This document shows positions 1-8,809 of a DNA stretch of 64,000 nucleotides, one piece after another. This DNA comes from Thermodesulfobacteriota bacterium (GTDB taxonomy: Bacteria; Desulfobacterota_D; UBA1144; Nemesobacterales; CSP1-2): the NCBI GenBank assembly GCA_049682815.1, contig JBAUII010000078.1, positions 37,763-101,762 on the forward strand, in the 5' to 3' direction. The position numbers and the translations under genes are program-made. The notes under the pieces are model-generated. The model was given only the letters and a program-made list of their open reading frames with translations. It made no database searches and was not told where the DNA came from. Within the stretch, counting starts at the first letter, position 1. Each line of letters opens with the position of its first letter.

Positions 1-1656
1 AGATATACCTATTACCGGTATACCCCAGAAGACTGCAAAGTAATCGAACTTCTCCCAATAAGTCCACCTGTCCAGTTTTGGACGAGCACCCAGGTATAAG
101 AACCAGCGTACGTTTCGATAGAGATCGACTAGGTCTTCCCTTCGAGGAATCATGGAATTAGGACCATACAGAAGGGTTATGTCGCCCTTTGAAAATATCT
201 TGTCCAGCATATAGCCGAGATGAAAACTAATGTAACCCAATGTCACTATTGCAAAGAATCTATGGAAGTACCTTGTTACCTCTACTCCACCGAGTATACC
301 TTCCAGAATTCTCCCCCACCACGTGTAATTATACATAAGCGGTAGTCCCGTCGCAGCAAGTCCTAAGAAACTAATAATAACGGCGACGTGGGTAATTCGA
401 GTGGGAAGGCTAAATCGGAGAACATACTTGCCACTGCTCCAGCGAGTAGGAACCTCTCCCTTCGCAACTGCTACAGCCGACCGTTGAAACCAAAGAACCA
501 TATGGAGCCCAAAAAAGCCAAAAACTGAAATAAGGAGCCAATTCATCAAGGAATAGACGTAATAAAGCAGAGGAGATCTATCCGGATCGCCGGGATCAGC
601 ATGTGGGTCATAGCTTACAAATTTCTCACTTATATCAGCGTGACACCTGCCACAAGTATTAATCAGATTGGCAGGGTAGACTGAAGAAAGTGGGTTGTCA
701 TTGGGGAGATTCAGGTGAGGTGTATGGCAGTCTGAGCATTTTGCAACCTGAACAAACCCTAGCGACGTTGACTGCCCGTGAAATGTATCCTGATAGGTAA
801 GCGCCCTCTCCCCATGGCATACACTGCACTCCTCTGATATCTGAAGCCTGAATCCAGCTGACACGGGCTCCGTGATCTGATGGGATTTGTGACATGTCGT
901 ACACACTGGTCCCACGTCAAGTCCTTCCTTCCAGAGCTGTCCATGTATACTCCTCTCATACTCATCATAAATTCCAAGGTGACACTTCTTACAGGTAAGT
1001 GGTATATTCTCTCTGTAGACACTCGAGTTTTTGTCAGTTTTTGGCCTTATGTTATGTGCACCATGGCAGTCGGAGCAAACCGCGGAGACAACTAATCCAC
1101 TGACAAGGACGCCACGGCCGTGAACACTTTCGCTGTAGCTCTCGATAAATTCCGGTGACGGGAGAGGGTGCTCCTTTGTGATCTTTTCGCTTGTATGGCA
1201 ATTTGAACATGTCGCAGGAATATTCAATGGGTTTATACGAGATTTAGGGTTATCCTTTGGAAGAATACCGTGTGAGCCATGACAACTCGTGCAAATTGGG
1301 GCATCGCTATCACCCCTCGCTATCGCTTCACCATGTATGCTTTCGGAGTATTCTTTTGCAATCTCCGGGTGACATGAAGAGCAATCAACCTTATTCGGAA
1401 TTTCCTCGTGGGGTATTTCTGTTACGTCCTGATGGCAATCTGTGCACTCGAAGCCACTATGGATTGAGGCATCTAAGAGTCCTTTATCAACCAAGGGTTC
1501 CATCGTTTCGTGACACACAAGACAGTCTTCGCTTTTAGGCTCTTCAGAACGGGAAGCAACTGTGAAGGGACAAAGAATTAAGAAGAAAAGAGTTAAAAAA
1601 AACAATGACTCATTTGATCGCGTAACTTTTATCACATGTTGCCTGTTCTTTAACAT
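1..1656 (-). CDS. Multiheme cytochrome c (11 CxxCH motifs) fused to a C-terminal diheme b-type cytochrome domain (HydC/FdnI/Ni_hydr_CYTB-like). The 3' end runs off the window. CbcL-like.
   Basis: The minus-strand frame is open from position 1 to about 1656, so it is absent from the complete-ORF track. Reverse-complement reading gives CLVCH, CTDCH, CSSCH, CTSCH, CSNCH, CSDCH, CKKCH, CTTCH, CSVCH, CSDCH and CGRCH. These are followed by four or more hydrophobic helices carrying conserved His (LHMVLWF, THVAVII, RYFHRFF..FHLGYM). The N-terminus MLKNRQ..SLFFLTLFFLILCPFTVAS is signal-like. The start is assigned to the ATG at 1656-1654. Confidence 0.7.
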   Translation of the reverse strand, partial: MLKNRQHVIKVTRSNESLFFLTLFFLILCPFTVASRSEEPKSEDCLVCHETMEPLVDKGLLDASIHSGFECTDCHQDVTEIPHEEIPNKVDCSSCHPEIAKEYSESIHGEAIARGDSDAPICTSCHGSHGILPKDNPKSRINPLNIPATCSNCHTSEKITKEHPLPSPEFIESYSESVHGRGVLVSGLVVSAVCSDCHGAHNIRPKTDKNSSVYRENIPLTCKKCHLGIYDEYERSIHGQLWKEGLDVGPVCTTCHKSHQITEPVSAGFRLQISEECSVCHGERALTYQDTFHGQSTSLGFVQVAKCSDCHTPHLNLPNDNPLSSVYPANLINTCGRCHADISEKFVSYDPHADPGDPDRSPLLYYVYSLMNWLLISVFGFFGLHMVLWFQRSAVAVAKGEVPTRWSSGKYVLRFSLPTRITHVAVIISFLGLAATGLPLMYNYTWWGRILEGILGGVEVTRYFHRFFAIVTLGYISFHLGYMLDKIFSKGDITLLYGPNSMIPRREDLVDLYRNVRWFLYLGARPKLDRWTYWEKFDYFAVFWGIPVIGIS

Positions 1657-1830
1657 ACAGCCAATAGTTTGGTGCAACCGGTATCTTTGACCATCAAACC
1701 AAGACGTGCGGGAAGCTTATGCATGTTTTTTCGCCTGAATCCTTTCATTTCGTTACGAAATCAAACGGATTTTTAAGTCACATTTTTAAGACATATTTTT
1801 AGCTTCCTATAACCCCTAACTTAAAAATTT

Positions 1831-3033
1831 CTACGTTTCAAGTTTAACCTCTGCTTCCTTCCATGGCGGCAACAGAGCAACGAGGATGTACAGAATAATA
1901 AATGGGAGCGTTAGAAAGAATAACGCCACCAAGAGCCCTTCAATTCCGAGCAATTCCATTTTGTAGGTTGTAAGTCCTCTTAAACTCTTGGAAAATAATT
2001 GCCCCCCGATAACCACATTCCATCTTATACTAAAGATTCCTATCAGGGTAAGAATTGCACTTCCAAAGTAGATAAGGCGCCTTAACTCATCAGGAAGGCG
2101 CGTCAACTTTGTCCATGCCAACAAAACCATTGGAATTATAGTTCCTAGCAGCATCTGAATCACAACCATACTGATGAACAGCTTACTGATTAAAAGCTGG
2201 TACAGTATTTTTATGGATTCTTCTGATTCGTAAATGCGGTGAATGAAGTCAAGGTTTTCCAGTGAGAAGTCCAGTATCATTGCATAGAGCAAAAAGGAAG
2301 CGAGCTTATCCATACAGGCCATATCCACGCTTCTTCGTCGAAAGAGAGTAATAACCATATAGAGTAACATGACAAGCGCAATCCCCGATACTATAGCGGA
2401 AAACAAAAAAACTACGGGCATAAGCACACTGCTCCACCAGGGATTCGCCTTTACAGAGCCAAAAATAAAACCCACATAACCATGAAGGAGGAAAGCGGAT
2501 GGAATACCGATGATGGTTATAAATTTTGCCGCCTTTCTGTCAAACTGAAGAGATCTTTCTGAGAGGTCTGAAGCCCCAAGCGTTAAGATGAGGTAAATAA
2601 ATCTTTTCAACCCCTTTTCTTTAGTAGACCAGACAACGATATCCTTTCTGTACTCAAACCACAATTCCACAAGAAGGACGACCAAGAGATACCAGCCATA
2701 TACAAAGCCAAACATGGCCATAGCGGACCTGAAATTGGGTGTGAGAAAAATTTCATAGGCCCGTTCGGGATGTCCTAGATGAGCCACAAGAGGAAGAGGC
2801 GCGACAATGAGGAAAGCAAGCGCAGTGAGAAGCGAAAGCCGGTAGGTAGGCTCTACCGCCTTAACATTAAAAACCCTTTCCAGGGAAGCAAGAATAAAAG
2901 CACCTGCTACAAGACCAGTAAGATAGGGATAAACAACAATGAGGATGCTCCAATGGAGCTCAATCTCATTGGGATAGATGAAGCCTGTAATTTCTTTAAG
3001 GGAAATGGCAAGTCGCTCAAGTAAGGGATCCAA
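1831..3033 (-). CDS. NrfD/PsrC-family polytopic membrane subunit (quinone-interacting, heme-less)
   Basis: A 400-aa ORF with 8-10 predicted TM helices and NrfD-like character (LHWSILIVVYPYLTGL..., HLGHPERAYEIF). It lies directly downstream of an NrfC-like FeS gene. Confidence 0.75.
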   Translation of the reverse strand: MDPLLERLAISLKEITGFIYPNEIELHWSILIVVYPYLTGLVAGAFILASLERVFNVKAVEPTYRLSLLTALAFLIVAPLPLVAHLGHPERAYEIFLTPNFRSAMAMFGFVYGWYLLVVLLVELWFEYRKDIVVWSTKEKGLKRFIYLILTLGASDLSERSLQFDRKAAKFITIIGIPSAFLLHGYVGFIFGSVKANPWWSSVLMPVVFLFSAIVSGIALVMLLYMVITLFRRRSVDMACMDKLASFLLYAMILDFSLENLDFIHRIYESEESIKILYQLLISKLFISMVVIQMLLGTIIPMVLLAWTKLTRLPDELRRLIYFGSAILTLIGIFSIRWNVVIGGQLFSKSLRGLTTYKMELLGIEGLLVALFFLTLPFIILYILVALLPPWKEAEVKLET

Positions 3034-3846
3034 CTAAGTAACCTCCTTGTCTAGATTCGCATAGTAGACCTTGGGTTCTGTATTAAGATAGGGCTTTAAG
3101 ACACCAATATTGTTGAATCGGACAAAACGCGCAAGGGGATTGTTGCGAGGTTTTACTTCTCCAAAAGTTCTTGCTCCAGTGGGACATACCTCTACGCACG
3201 CAGGCTGCAATCCCTTTACGATTCTGTGATAGCAAAATGTGCATTTGTCCGCCGTCTTTGTCTCGGGATTGAGATATCTCGCTCCATAAGGACAGGCCTG
3301 AATGCAGTAACGACATCCTATACAGTAATCTTTATCAACGAGGACAACGCCGTCTATTGACTGGTATGTGGCTCCAACAGGACAGACCTGCACACAGGGT
3401 GGATTATTACATTGATTACATAACTTTGGAACAAAAAACGTGCGTAGGATTTCCTTTTCACTAATGGGTTCAGGAAAACCGTGCATTCCACCTTCAGGAC
3501 TGTCCACACTCGTTTCCCCATCGACTGTAATAGTATATCTTTCCACCCAGGTTCTAAAGAAATAGGGTTCCTTAGGAACATTATTTTCAATCTTGCACGC
3601 CTCTACACATCGTCCACACCCTATGCACTTATCGATGTCAATACCCATAGCATAGTAGTGCTCCCTCGGATTGTATTTCCCATAAATACTTTCCAATGTG
3701 GAAGTGCTTTCACTAGATGCCTTTTTCAAGAAGGGGAATAGCTTAGAAAAAAGCCCGCCAAGAAAAAACCCGGAGGGGATTATGAGAAGGCTTTTAAGAA
3801 AGTTCCTCCTATTTGTTACGTTATCAAGAAGCTCTTTAGCATTCAT
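3034..3846 (-). CDS. Tat-exported 4x[4Fe-4S] ferredoxin subunit, NrfC/PsrB/HybA-like
   Basis: Twin-arginine motif RRNFLKSLLI. Four Cys clusters are present: CIGCGRCVEAC, CNQCNNPPCVQVCP, CIGCRYCIQACP and CTFC..CVEVCP. It overlaps the upstream cytochrome gene at ATGA. Confidence 0.8.
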   Translation of the reverse strand: MNAKELLDNVTNRRNFLKSLLIIPSGFFLGGLFSKLFPFLKKASSESTSTLESIYGKYNPREHYYAMGIDIDKCIGCGRCVEACKIENNVPKEPYFFRTWVERYTITVDGETSVDSPEGGMHGFPEPISEKEILRTFFVPKLCNQCNNPPCVQVCPVGATYQSIDGVVLVDKDYCIGCRYCIQACPYGARYLNPETKTADKCTFCYHRIVKGLQPACVEVCPTGARTFGEVKPRNNPLARFVRFNNIGVLKPYLNTEPKVYYANLDKEVT

Positions 3847-4592
3847 TGCTTCTCATCCTCCTTTGTGCGCGCTTCAGGATAATGGGGGTAGTGACACTCC
3901 CAGCACAAAAAACCATTGCCATGGGTTTTAATGTCGACACGCGGAATTTCAGGGGAACTTTCGGCTTCCTGTGCGTGGCACTGTCCACAGAATTCTCTAT
4001 TCCTCGGTTTATCCGGCAAAGCCATCCTTGGGTTTAATTTATGCTCTTCCTTCGCTTCGTGGCATCGAGTGCAGGCTAGGGGTGCGTGGGGTGACACAAT
4101 TTTAGTTCGAGCGATTTGCGTGTGGCATGGATCGCATTCTTCGGGCGTGACCGGAGGAACCGGATCATGGGGATTATGACAGAAAATGCAAGGCTTACCC
4201 GGATTATGCCTAACAGGGTCAATCTGTGGGAATCCTGTGGGTCTCGTGGGATTATATCCATGACACAATGGACAATAGGCGCGTTTTCTTGGTGCAGGGG
4301 GTTTGTACTCATACGGGTCCTGGGTATGGGCATAGGCAGGCCCATGGCATACTTCACAGGCGACCCCCCGATGGTATGATTTGTCTTTCAAAACGTATAT
4401 ATCATCATGGCATTCGGTGCATGCAGTTTCCCCGCCATACTTAATTTCCCTGGAGACTGCGGATTGTAATGAATCGGCACGATAATGACCGTATTGCCCA
4501 AAACTTGCGGGCATAAGAAAATGGCGGACAATTAGGAAAATGAAAATCAAGACAATAGAAAGGGCGAGAAGATATTTTATCTGTTGGGGCAT
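3843..4592 (-). CDS. Octaheme c-type cytochrome with N-terminal membrane anchor
   Basis: The 249-aa ORF contains 8 CxxCH motifs (CTECH, CEVCH, CPLCH, CIFCH, CDPCH, CTRCH, CGQCH, CWECH). An N-terminal hydrophobic helix YLLALSIVLIFIFLIV is present. Confidence 0.8.
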   Translation of the reverse strand: MPQQIKYLLALSIVLIFIFLIVRHFLMPASFGQYGHYRADSLQSAVSREIKYGGETACTECHDDIYVLKDKSYHRGVACEVCHGPAYAHTQDPYEYKPPAPRKRAYCPLCHGYNPTRPTGFPQIDPVRHNPGKPCIFCHNPHDPVPPVTPEECDPCHTQIARTKIVSPHAPLACTRCHEAKEEHKLNPRMALPDKPRNREFCGQCHAQEAESSPEIPRVDIKTHGNGFLCWECHYPHYPEARTKEDEKQ

Positions 4593-4722
4593 TCCTGACT
4601 CCTTTCACAATATCAAAAAATAATTAGGACCCCCTTTTTCTTCTGTCATAGTTTTCATGGACAAGAACGTTTTTAAGATCATCATGTTGTAAAGTCGCGC
4701 CTTTGCCTGAAATTTATGCAAT

Positions 4723-4750
4723 AAATGTGCCACAATAGATCGGCACATTT
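4723..4750. promoter_or_regulatory. Perfect 9-bp inverted repeat AAATGTGCC-N10-GGCACATTT between the dtxR 3' end and the cytochrome-operon 5' region
   Basis: Read directly. It could be the terminator stem for the feoB-dtxR unit or an operator for the cytochrome operon. Confidence 0.25.
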
Positions 4751-4826
4751 GCCATGTAACAATGCTTTAAACGAAAAAACTCGGTTAGTTTGTTCAAATT
4801 CCAGTAGCATATGGCAGCCAATGGAT

Positions 4827-5483
4827 CTACGTCGAGACCTTTCTTACGTATATATGTCTCGCAATTTCATCATCTATGGCAATATCTGTTTCTCCAGCTC
4901 TCAATACATATGCAGGTTGTTTTTGGTGGAGGACGATCTCCGCTCCAGGAATGATTCCCAGGTTGGTGAGTTGATGCAATCTTCTATGGTGCCTTGGTAC
5001 TAAAAAGATTATCTTTACCCTATCTCCGGGAATTACTTTGGCGAGTGGAACGACAAATTCTTTGGTTTCCTCTTTAAAAATTCCGCAGCATTCTCCCGGA
5101 GGGATCGGCTTTTCATGTGGACAAAACCTGGGATGTCCAAGGAAAGCGCAAATGGATTCCGTGACCTCTGAACCGAGAATATGTTCAAGCTCACAGGCCG
5201 TAGAGTCCATTTCACTGGAGCCTACCTGGAGTATGTCTTTAAGAAGCTTCTCCGCTAGACGGTGACGCCTGACTATCATTTTCGCCCTCGCGTCGCCCAT
5301 TATGGTAAGGCTTATTTTACCGTCAATATCACTTATAAGATCTGCTTCCAGAGCACATCTGATAGCTTTTTTCACGTCTTTATTCCAAGACCTTATGTAG
5401 ATTGTTTCTTCGTCTTGGATGCCTTCCTCCCTGAGCTTCCAGATAAGCTCAAGCAGTTCATCGCTTTCTTCATCGTATTTCAT
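4827..5483 (-). CDS. DtxR/IdeR-family metal (iron)-dependent transcriptional repressor with C-terminal FeoA/SH3-like domain
   Basis: The N-terminal wHTH and metal-binding regions resemble DtxR. The C-terminal part (VVPLAKVIPGDRVKII...GIIPGAEIVL) is FeoA/SH3-like. The gene sits downstream of feoB. Confidence 0.8.
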   Translation of the reverse strand: MKYDEESDELLELIWKLREEGIQDEETIYIRSWNKDVKKAIRCALEADLISDIDGKISLTIMGDARAKMIVRRHRLAEKLLKDILQVGSSEMDSTACELEHILGSEVTESICAFLGHPRFCPHEKPIPPGECCGIFKEETKEFVVPLAKVIPGDRVKIIFLVPRHHRRLHQLTNLGIIPGAEIVLHQKQPAYVLRAGETDIAIDDEIARHIYVRKVST

Positions 5484-5692
5484 GCTCTTCCCTCTTGTTT
5501 AAAGAATTTTTTTAGCCACAAAATAAGTCTTGACTCCTGGGGGAAGGAGTATCCGCATCTCGGGCAGCAGACCAACAGGCAGTCTCCTATACTTATCTGG
5601 CAGCTTATGCATCTTTCCCTTCCCTCTTCCTTATAAAATTCCTCTCCACACAAGGGGCAGGAGATTAGATTCCGAGGCTCCACAGTATCCAA
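5480..5692 (-). CDS. Small Cys-rich zinc-ribbon protein, possible Feo accessory
   Basis: The 70-aa ORF carries CPLC..CISC..CCPRC. It overlaps the feoB 3' end by 28 nt and the dtxR start by 4 nt. No RBS was evaluated, so confidence is low. Confidence 0.4.
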   Translation of the reverse strand: MDTVEPRNLISCPLCGEEFYKEEGRERCISCQISIGDCLLVCCPRCGYSFPQESRLILWLKKFFKQEGRA

Positions 5693-7629
5693 TTCGTCAT
5701 ACCTCCCACAATAATGGCTATGAAAAGAACTATCGCGACTATAATAAGGGCGGTTCTGAGCCCTTGTTCCTTTATAATGATTAGAAAGTTGGCAACACAG
5801 GGGACAAATAGCGTAATCGTAACAAGACTTACTAAAACCTGATGGCTGCTCAAGTATCCGCCCTGTTGAAGATCGAAAAGACCGGCAGCACCGTAGTCTC
5901 TTCTCAGGAATCCGATTAAAAAGGCATTCGTAGCCTCTTTGGGAAGGTCAAGGAATTTTACTACGACCGGTGAAGCCAGATTTTGTAAAAATCCAAGAAC
6001 CTTTAACCTATCCAAGACAAAAAGAATTATCGTTCCCAAGACAAACAGTGGGACCGCTTCTTTCAAATACCATTCGAGTCTCGCAACAGTCTTAATGATT
6101 ACGTTACCAATCTGTGGAATCCTTATGGGCGGAACCTCAATGATAAGATCTCGGCTTTCTCCTTTTACGAAGTAAGAAGCAAGGAAGCCAACTGTAAAAA
6201 GAACAATACAAATTTCTACCCCCCAAAAGAAAATACCCCACCGAGGTAGAGTAGAAGCCATAGCAAACACCACAGCCAGCTGGGCCGAGCACGGGATTCC
6301 TACAGCCAGAAGAAATATCACAATTAGCCTTTCCTTTTTCGTCTCGAGCATCCTAGTGGTAAGGGTTGCCATTGTGTCACATCCCAGCCCCAGTACCATC
6401 GGGAGTACAACTTTTCCATTTAGACCCATTAACTTAAACACCCTGTCAACCATAATGGCCAGCCTTGGGAGGTATCCGGAATCTTCGAGGATACTAAAAA
6501 AGATGAAAAATGTGCAGATTACGGGAAAGATTATTGCGAGCGAGTATGTCAGCGCCATAGTAATTATTCCAAAATCGCCTACGAGAAAATCAATCAATAT
6601 CTTGTAGGGAATAATCTTGGGTATGGCTATTTTAAAAAAGGGGTTTATATATCCTTCAAAGACGGTTACCTCCAAGAAATCAACGAATGTTCCTGCCCCC
6701 AGTTTTCCCACAAAGAGGTATGCGAGGTAAAGTATTAGAATTAATATAGGGATCCCAAATAGAGGATGAGTCGATGTCCGTCCTAAAAGATCCAGGGTTC
6801 GGTTGTCTGATTTAAAAGAAGGAGTTGATACCTTCTGAACGATTTCTCTTGCGAGCTCAAGCCTCTTCAGACCGATGAAATAGCTTATAGGATATTCCCT
6901 GGAGCCGAGCTTTGAGAGTGGATCAAGTCCGGCAATCGAGTCTAGCTTTTCTTTAGGAATTCTGCTAATAATGTTCTCATCCATGTTGCAGTCGCCTGAT
7001 ACAATAGAAAGACCTATAAATCTTGAGAAATGAGGGTTTGATAGAATTTTTTTCATTTCGTCTAACATTCCTTCTATAGCTTGAGAGTAAGAAACTCTCA
7101 GTTGAGGGATAGTCGAATTTACAAGTTCGTTCTTAATTCCTTCTATTCCTTTTCTTTCGATAGCCACAGTCGGAACGATAGGAACCCCAAGTTTCTGAGA
7201 GAGCTTTGCTATGTTAATGTCGACTCCTCTGTGTTGCGCTTCATCCATCATATTCAACACTATGAGTAGGGGAAGTCCCATTTCTGCAATCTGGGTTGTT
7301 ATATACAGACCCCTCTCCAGGTTTTTAGCGTCTATAACCTGAATTATAAAGTTAGCTTCACCTTCTAATAAAATATTTCTAACAACCCTTTCGTCTTCCG
7401 ACGTCGGCGTCAGGCTATTAATCCCGGGCGTATCGATAAGAGAAATCGTTTCTGACCCGATTTTCATCTCTCCCGAGGTTATCTCGACCGTTGTTCCGGG
7501 ATAATTTGAAACCGTAACGTATCTCTTGGTAAGCGAACCAAAGAGTAAGCTCTTTCCGACATTTGGGTTACCAATTAGAGCAGCCTTCTTTGGATGAGCC
7601 GGGTTCTCAGACTTGGTTTTGTTAAACAT
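5665..7629 (-). CDS. feoB: Ferrous iron transporter FeoB (G-protein domain plus membrane permease)
   Basis: The N-terminal GTPase has G1 GNPNVGKS and a DTPG motif. Long polytopic C-terminal domain; 654 aa. Confidence 0.9.
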   Translation of the reverse strand: MFNKTKSENPAHPKKAALIGNPNVGKSLLFGSLTKRYVTVSNYPGTTVEITSGEMKIGSETISLIDTPGINSLTPTSEDERVVRNILLEGEANFIIQVIDAKNLERGLYITTQIAEMGLPLLIVLNMMDEAQHRGVDINIAKLSQKLGVPIVPTVAIERKGIEGIKNELVNSTIPQLRVSYSQAIEGMLDEMKKILSNPHFSRFIGLSIVSGDCNMDENIISRIPKEKLDSIAGLDPLSKLGSREYPISYFIGLKRLELAREIVQKVSTPSFKSDNRTLDLLGRTSTHPLFGIPILILILYLAYLFVGKLGAGTFVDFLEVTVFEGYINPFFKIAIPKIIPYKILIDFLVGDFGIITMALTYSLAIIFPVICTFFIFFSILEDSGYLPRLAIMVDRVFKLMGLNGKVVLPMVLGLGCDTMATLTTRMLETKKERLIVIFLLAVGIPCSAQLAVVFAMASTLPRWGIFFWGVEICIVLFTVGFLASYFVKGESRDLIIEVPPIRIPQIGNVIIKTVARLEWYLKEAVPLFVLGTIILFVLDRLKVLGFLQNLASPVVVKFLDLPKEATNAFLIGFLRRDYGAAGLFDLQQGGYLSSHQVLVSLVTITLFVPCVANFLIIIKEQGLRTALIIVAIVLFIAIIVGGMTNWILWSLGI

Positions 7630-7643
7630 TTATAGAGCGCGAC

Positions 7644-7662
7644 TTGAACAATTAATTTTCAA
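7644..7662. promoter_or_regulatory. AT-rich 19-bp near-palindrome TTGAACAATTAATTTTCAA lying 15-35 nt upstream of the feoB start; candidate metalloregulator operator
   Basis: Dyad symmetry is read directly (TTGAA-N9-TTCAA, with inner AATT). Its position overlaps the expected feoB promoter/RBS zone. Confidence 0.25.
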
Positions 7663-8039
7663 TTTTTATGACATACGTGCAAAAATAAGGCCAATCAGCT
7701 GGCTCATTCATTCCGGAAGCGTGGTTAGGGTCCAAGTGGAACATAAAGAGATATCGAGAGAATTGCGGTAAAAGTCGGTTTATTAGAATAGGAATTTCCT
7801 GTAGTTATTGGCTATGAAGTACATAGATTTGGCTGGGCATTGGAACAAAAAAATTAAATTTGGATTTTCGAATTAAAGCTCTGACGAATTTATAAATGAT
7901 AGGCTTATTCCCTGTCAATAGCCCCTTCTTTGTGATGTAAGATTTTAGGACATTTTACAACTCTAACATTTCAATCACATAAATACGTCTAAGCACAACA
8001 GGCGGCGAAATTTTCTGTTATTAAAAGCATTTTAGTCTC

Positions 8040-8507
8040 CTATTTTGCGTATGGAGTTGCAGACAACGGTTGAGGCGGTTTCAAATTAGCATCCTGACTA
8101 ATAGGAGCTTTCTCAAGGTGTATCCGTTCTACTCTCTGTATCTTGTCATCTGCATCATAGTAGATAACAAATCTACCAGTTTCTTCCTTGCCAGCCACAG
8201 CTTCGACAGGCGTCCCGATTACTTCCCATAGTCCTAATGTGAGTACATCCATCACACCGTGACCAATAGCTCTACCGGCTGATGGATCATTCCCTTTTAC
8301 GATCAGATAAGTATCTACCCAATTACCGTCTTTATCTCTCATCTCTGCATCAGGCATCCCTACTTTGGCAATCACGAATGACCTCTCTGCGCCGTTATAG
8401 AAGACACTTGTATCCTTCTGTTCATTGCCGGAGAGTGCCATCCCGACAGAACATCCTGAACATAATATTACTAAAAGAATAACCCCAACTATTTTAAGGC
8501 GTCTCAT
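8040..8507 (-). CDS. Hypothetical lipoprotein
   Basis: Signal peptide with a lipobox (LVILCSGCS). GGAGG RBS upstream. No recognisable catalytic motifs. Confidence 0.5.
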   Translation of the reverse strand: MRRLKIVGVILLVILCSGCSVGMALSGNEQKDTSVFYNGAERSFVIAKVGMPDAEMRDKDGNWVDTYLIVKGNDPSAGRAIGHGVMDVLTLGLWEVIGTPVEAVAGKEETGRFVIYYDADDKIQRVERIHLEKAPISQDANLKPPQPLSATPYAK

Positions 8508-8809
8508 TTTGAACCTCCGAAGCTAGGTTTGGATTCCTCACATTAGTTATCCTAGCTTAGTATCCAAAAATCTTATCCTGACACTCCTGACAAAAGCCGG
8601 ATATTCTGTACTCCCTCTCCGACATACCATCCTTGAATTCACATCAACCTGAGTTCCTACTGTTGGGTTACCGACTTCCTGTGCGATAAGTTCCTGAATA
8701 TAAGCACTAGCCGAGACCCCTCTGGTTTTGGCCGTCCGCGGAGCGGATTAATCATAAGAATCTAATTTGAAATCCACCCCAATACGGCTCAATCTGCTTT
8801 CGGTTTCAT

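Noticed and set aside
698-1538. Four short track ORFs (698-904 minus, 759-1022 minus, 880-1095 plus, 1257-1538 plus) in the first 1.6 kb
   Set aside because: They are in the wrong frames or on the wrong strand relative to a continuous minus-strand frame. That frame carries 11 CxxCH motifs and stays open to position 1, so the real gene is the partial cytochrome.
1596-1625. Sequence aaaaaaaacaatgactcatttgatcg resembling the conserved 3' block of the 25.6-29.5 kb repeat family
   Set aside because: Only about 20 nt of similarity, inside the signal-peptide coding region of the cytochrome gene, with no other repeat blocks nearby; most likely coincidence.
4723-4750. Classical CRP/FNR binding site
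   Set aside because: Half-site spacing (14 nt between TGTG and CACA) does not fit the 5-6-5 architecture.
7630-8039. Hidden feoA gene upstream of feoB
   Set aside because: Only ORFs of 30 aa or fewer, without an SH3-like sequence, are present on the feoB strand in this 410-bp region.
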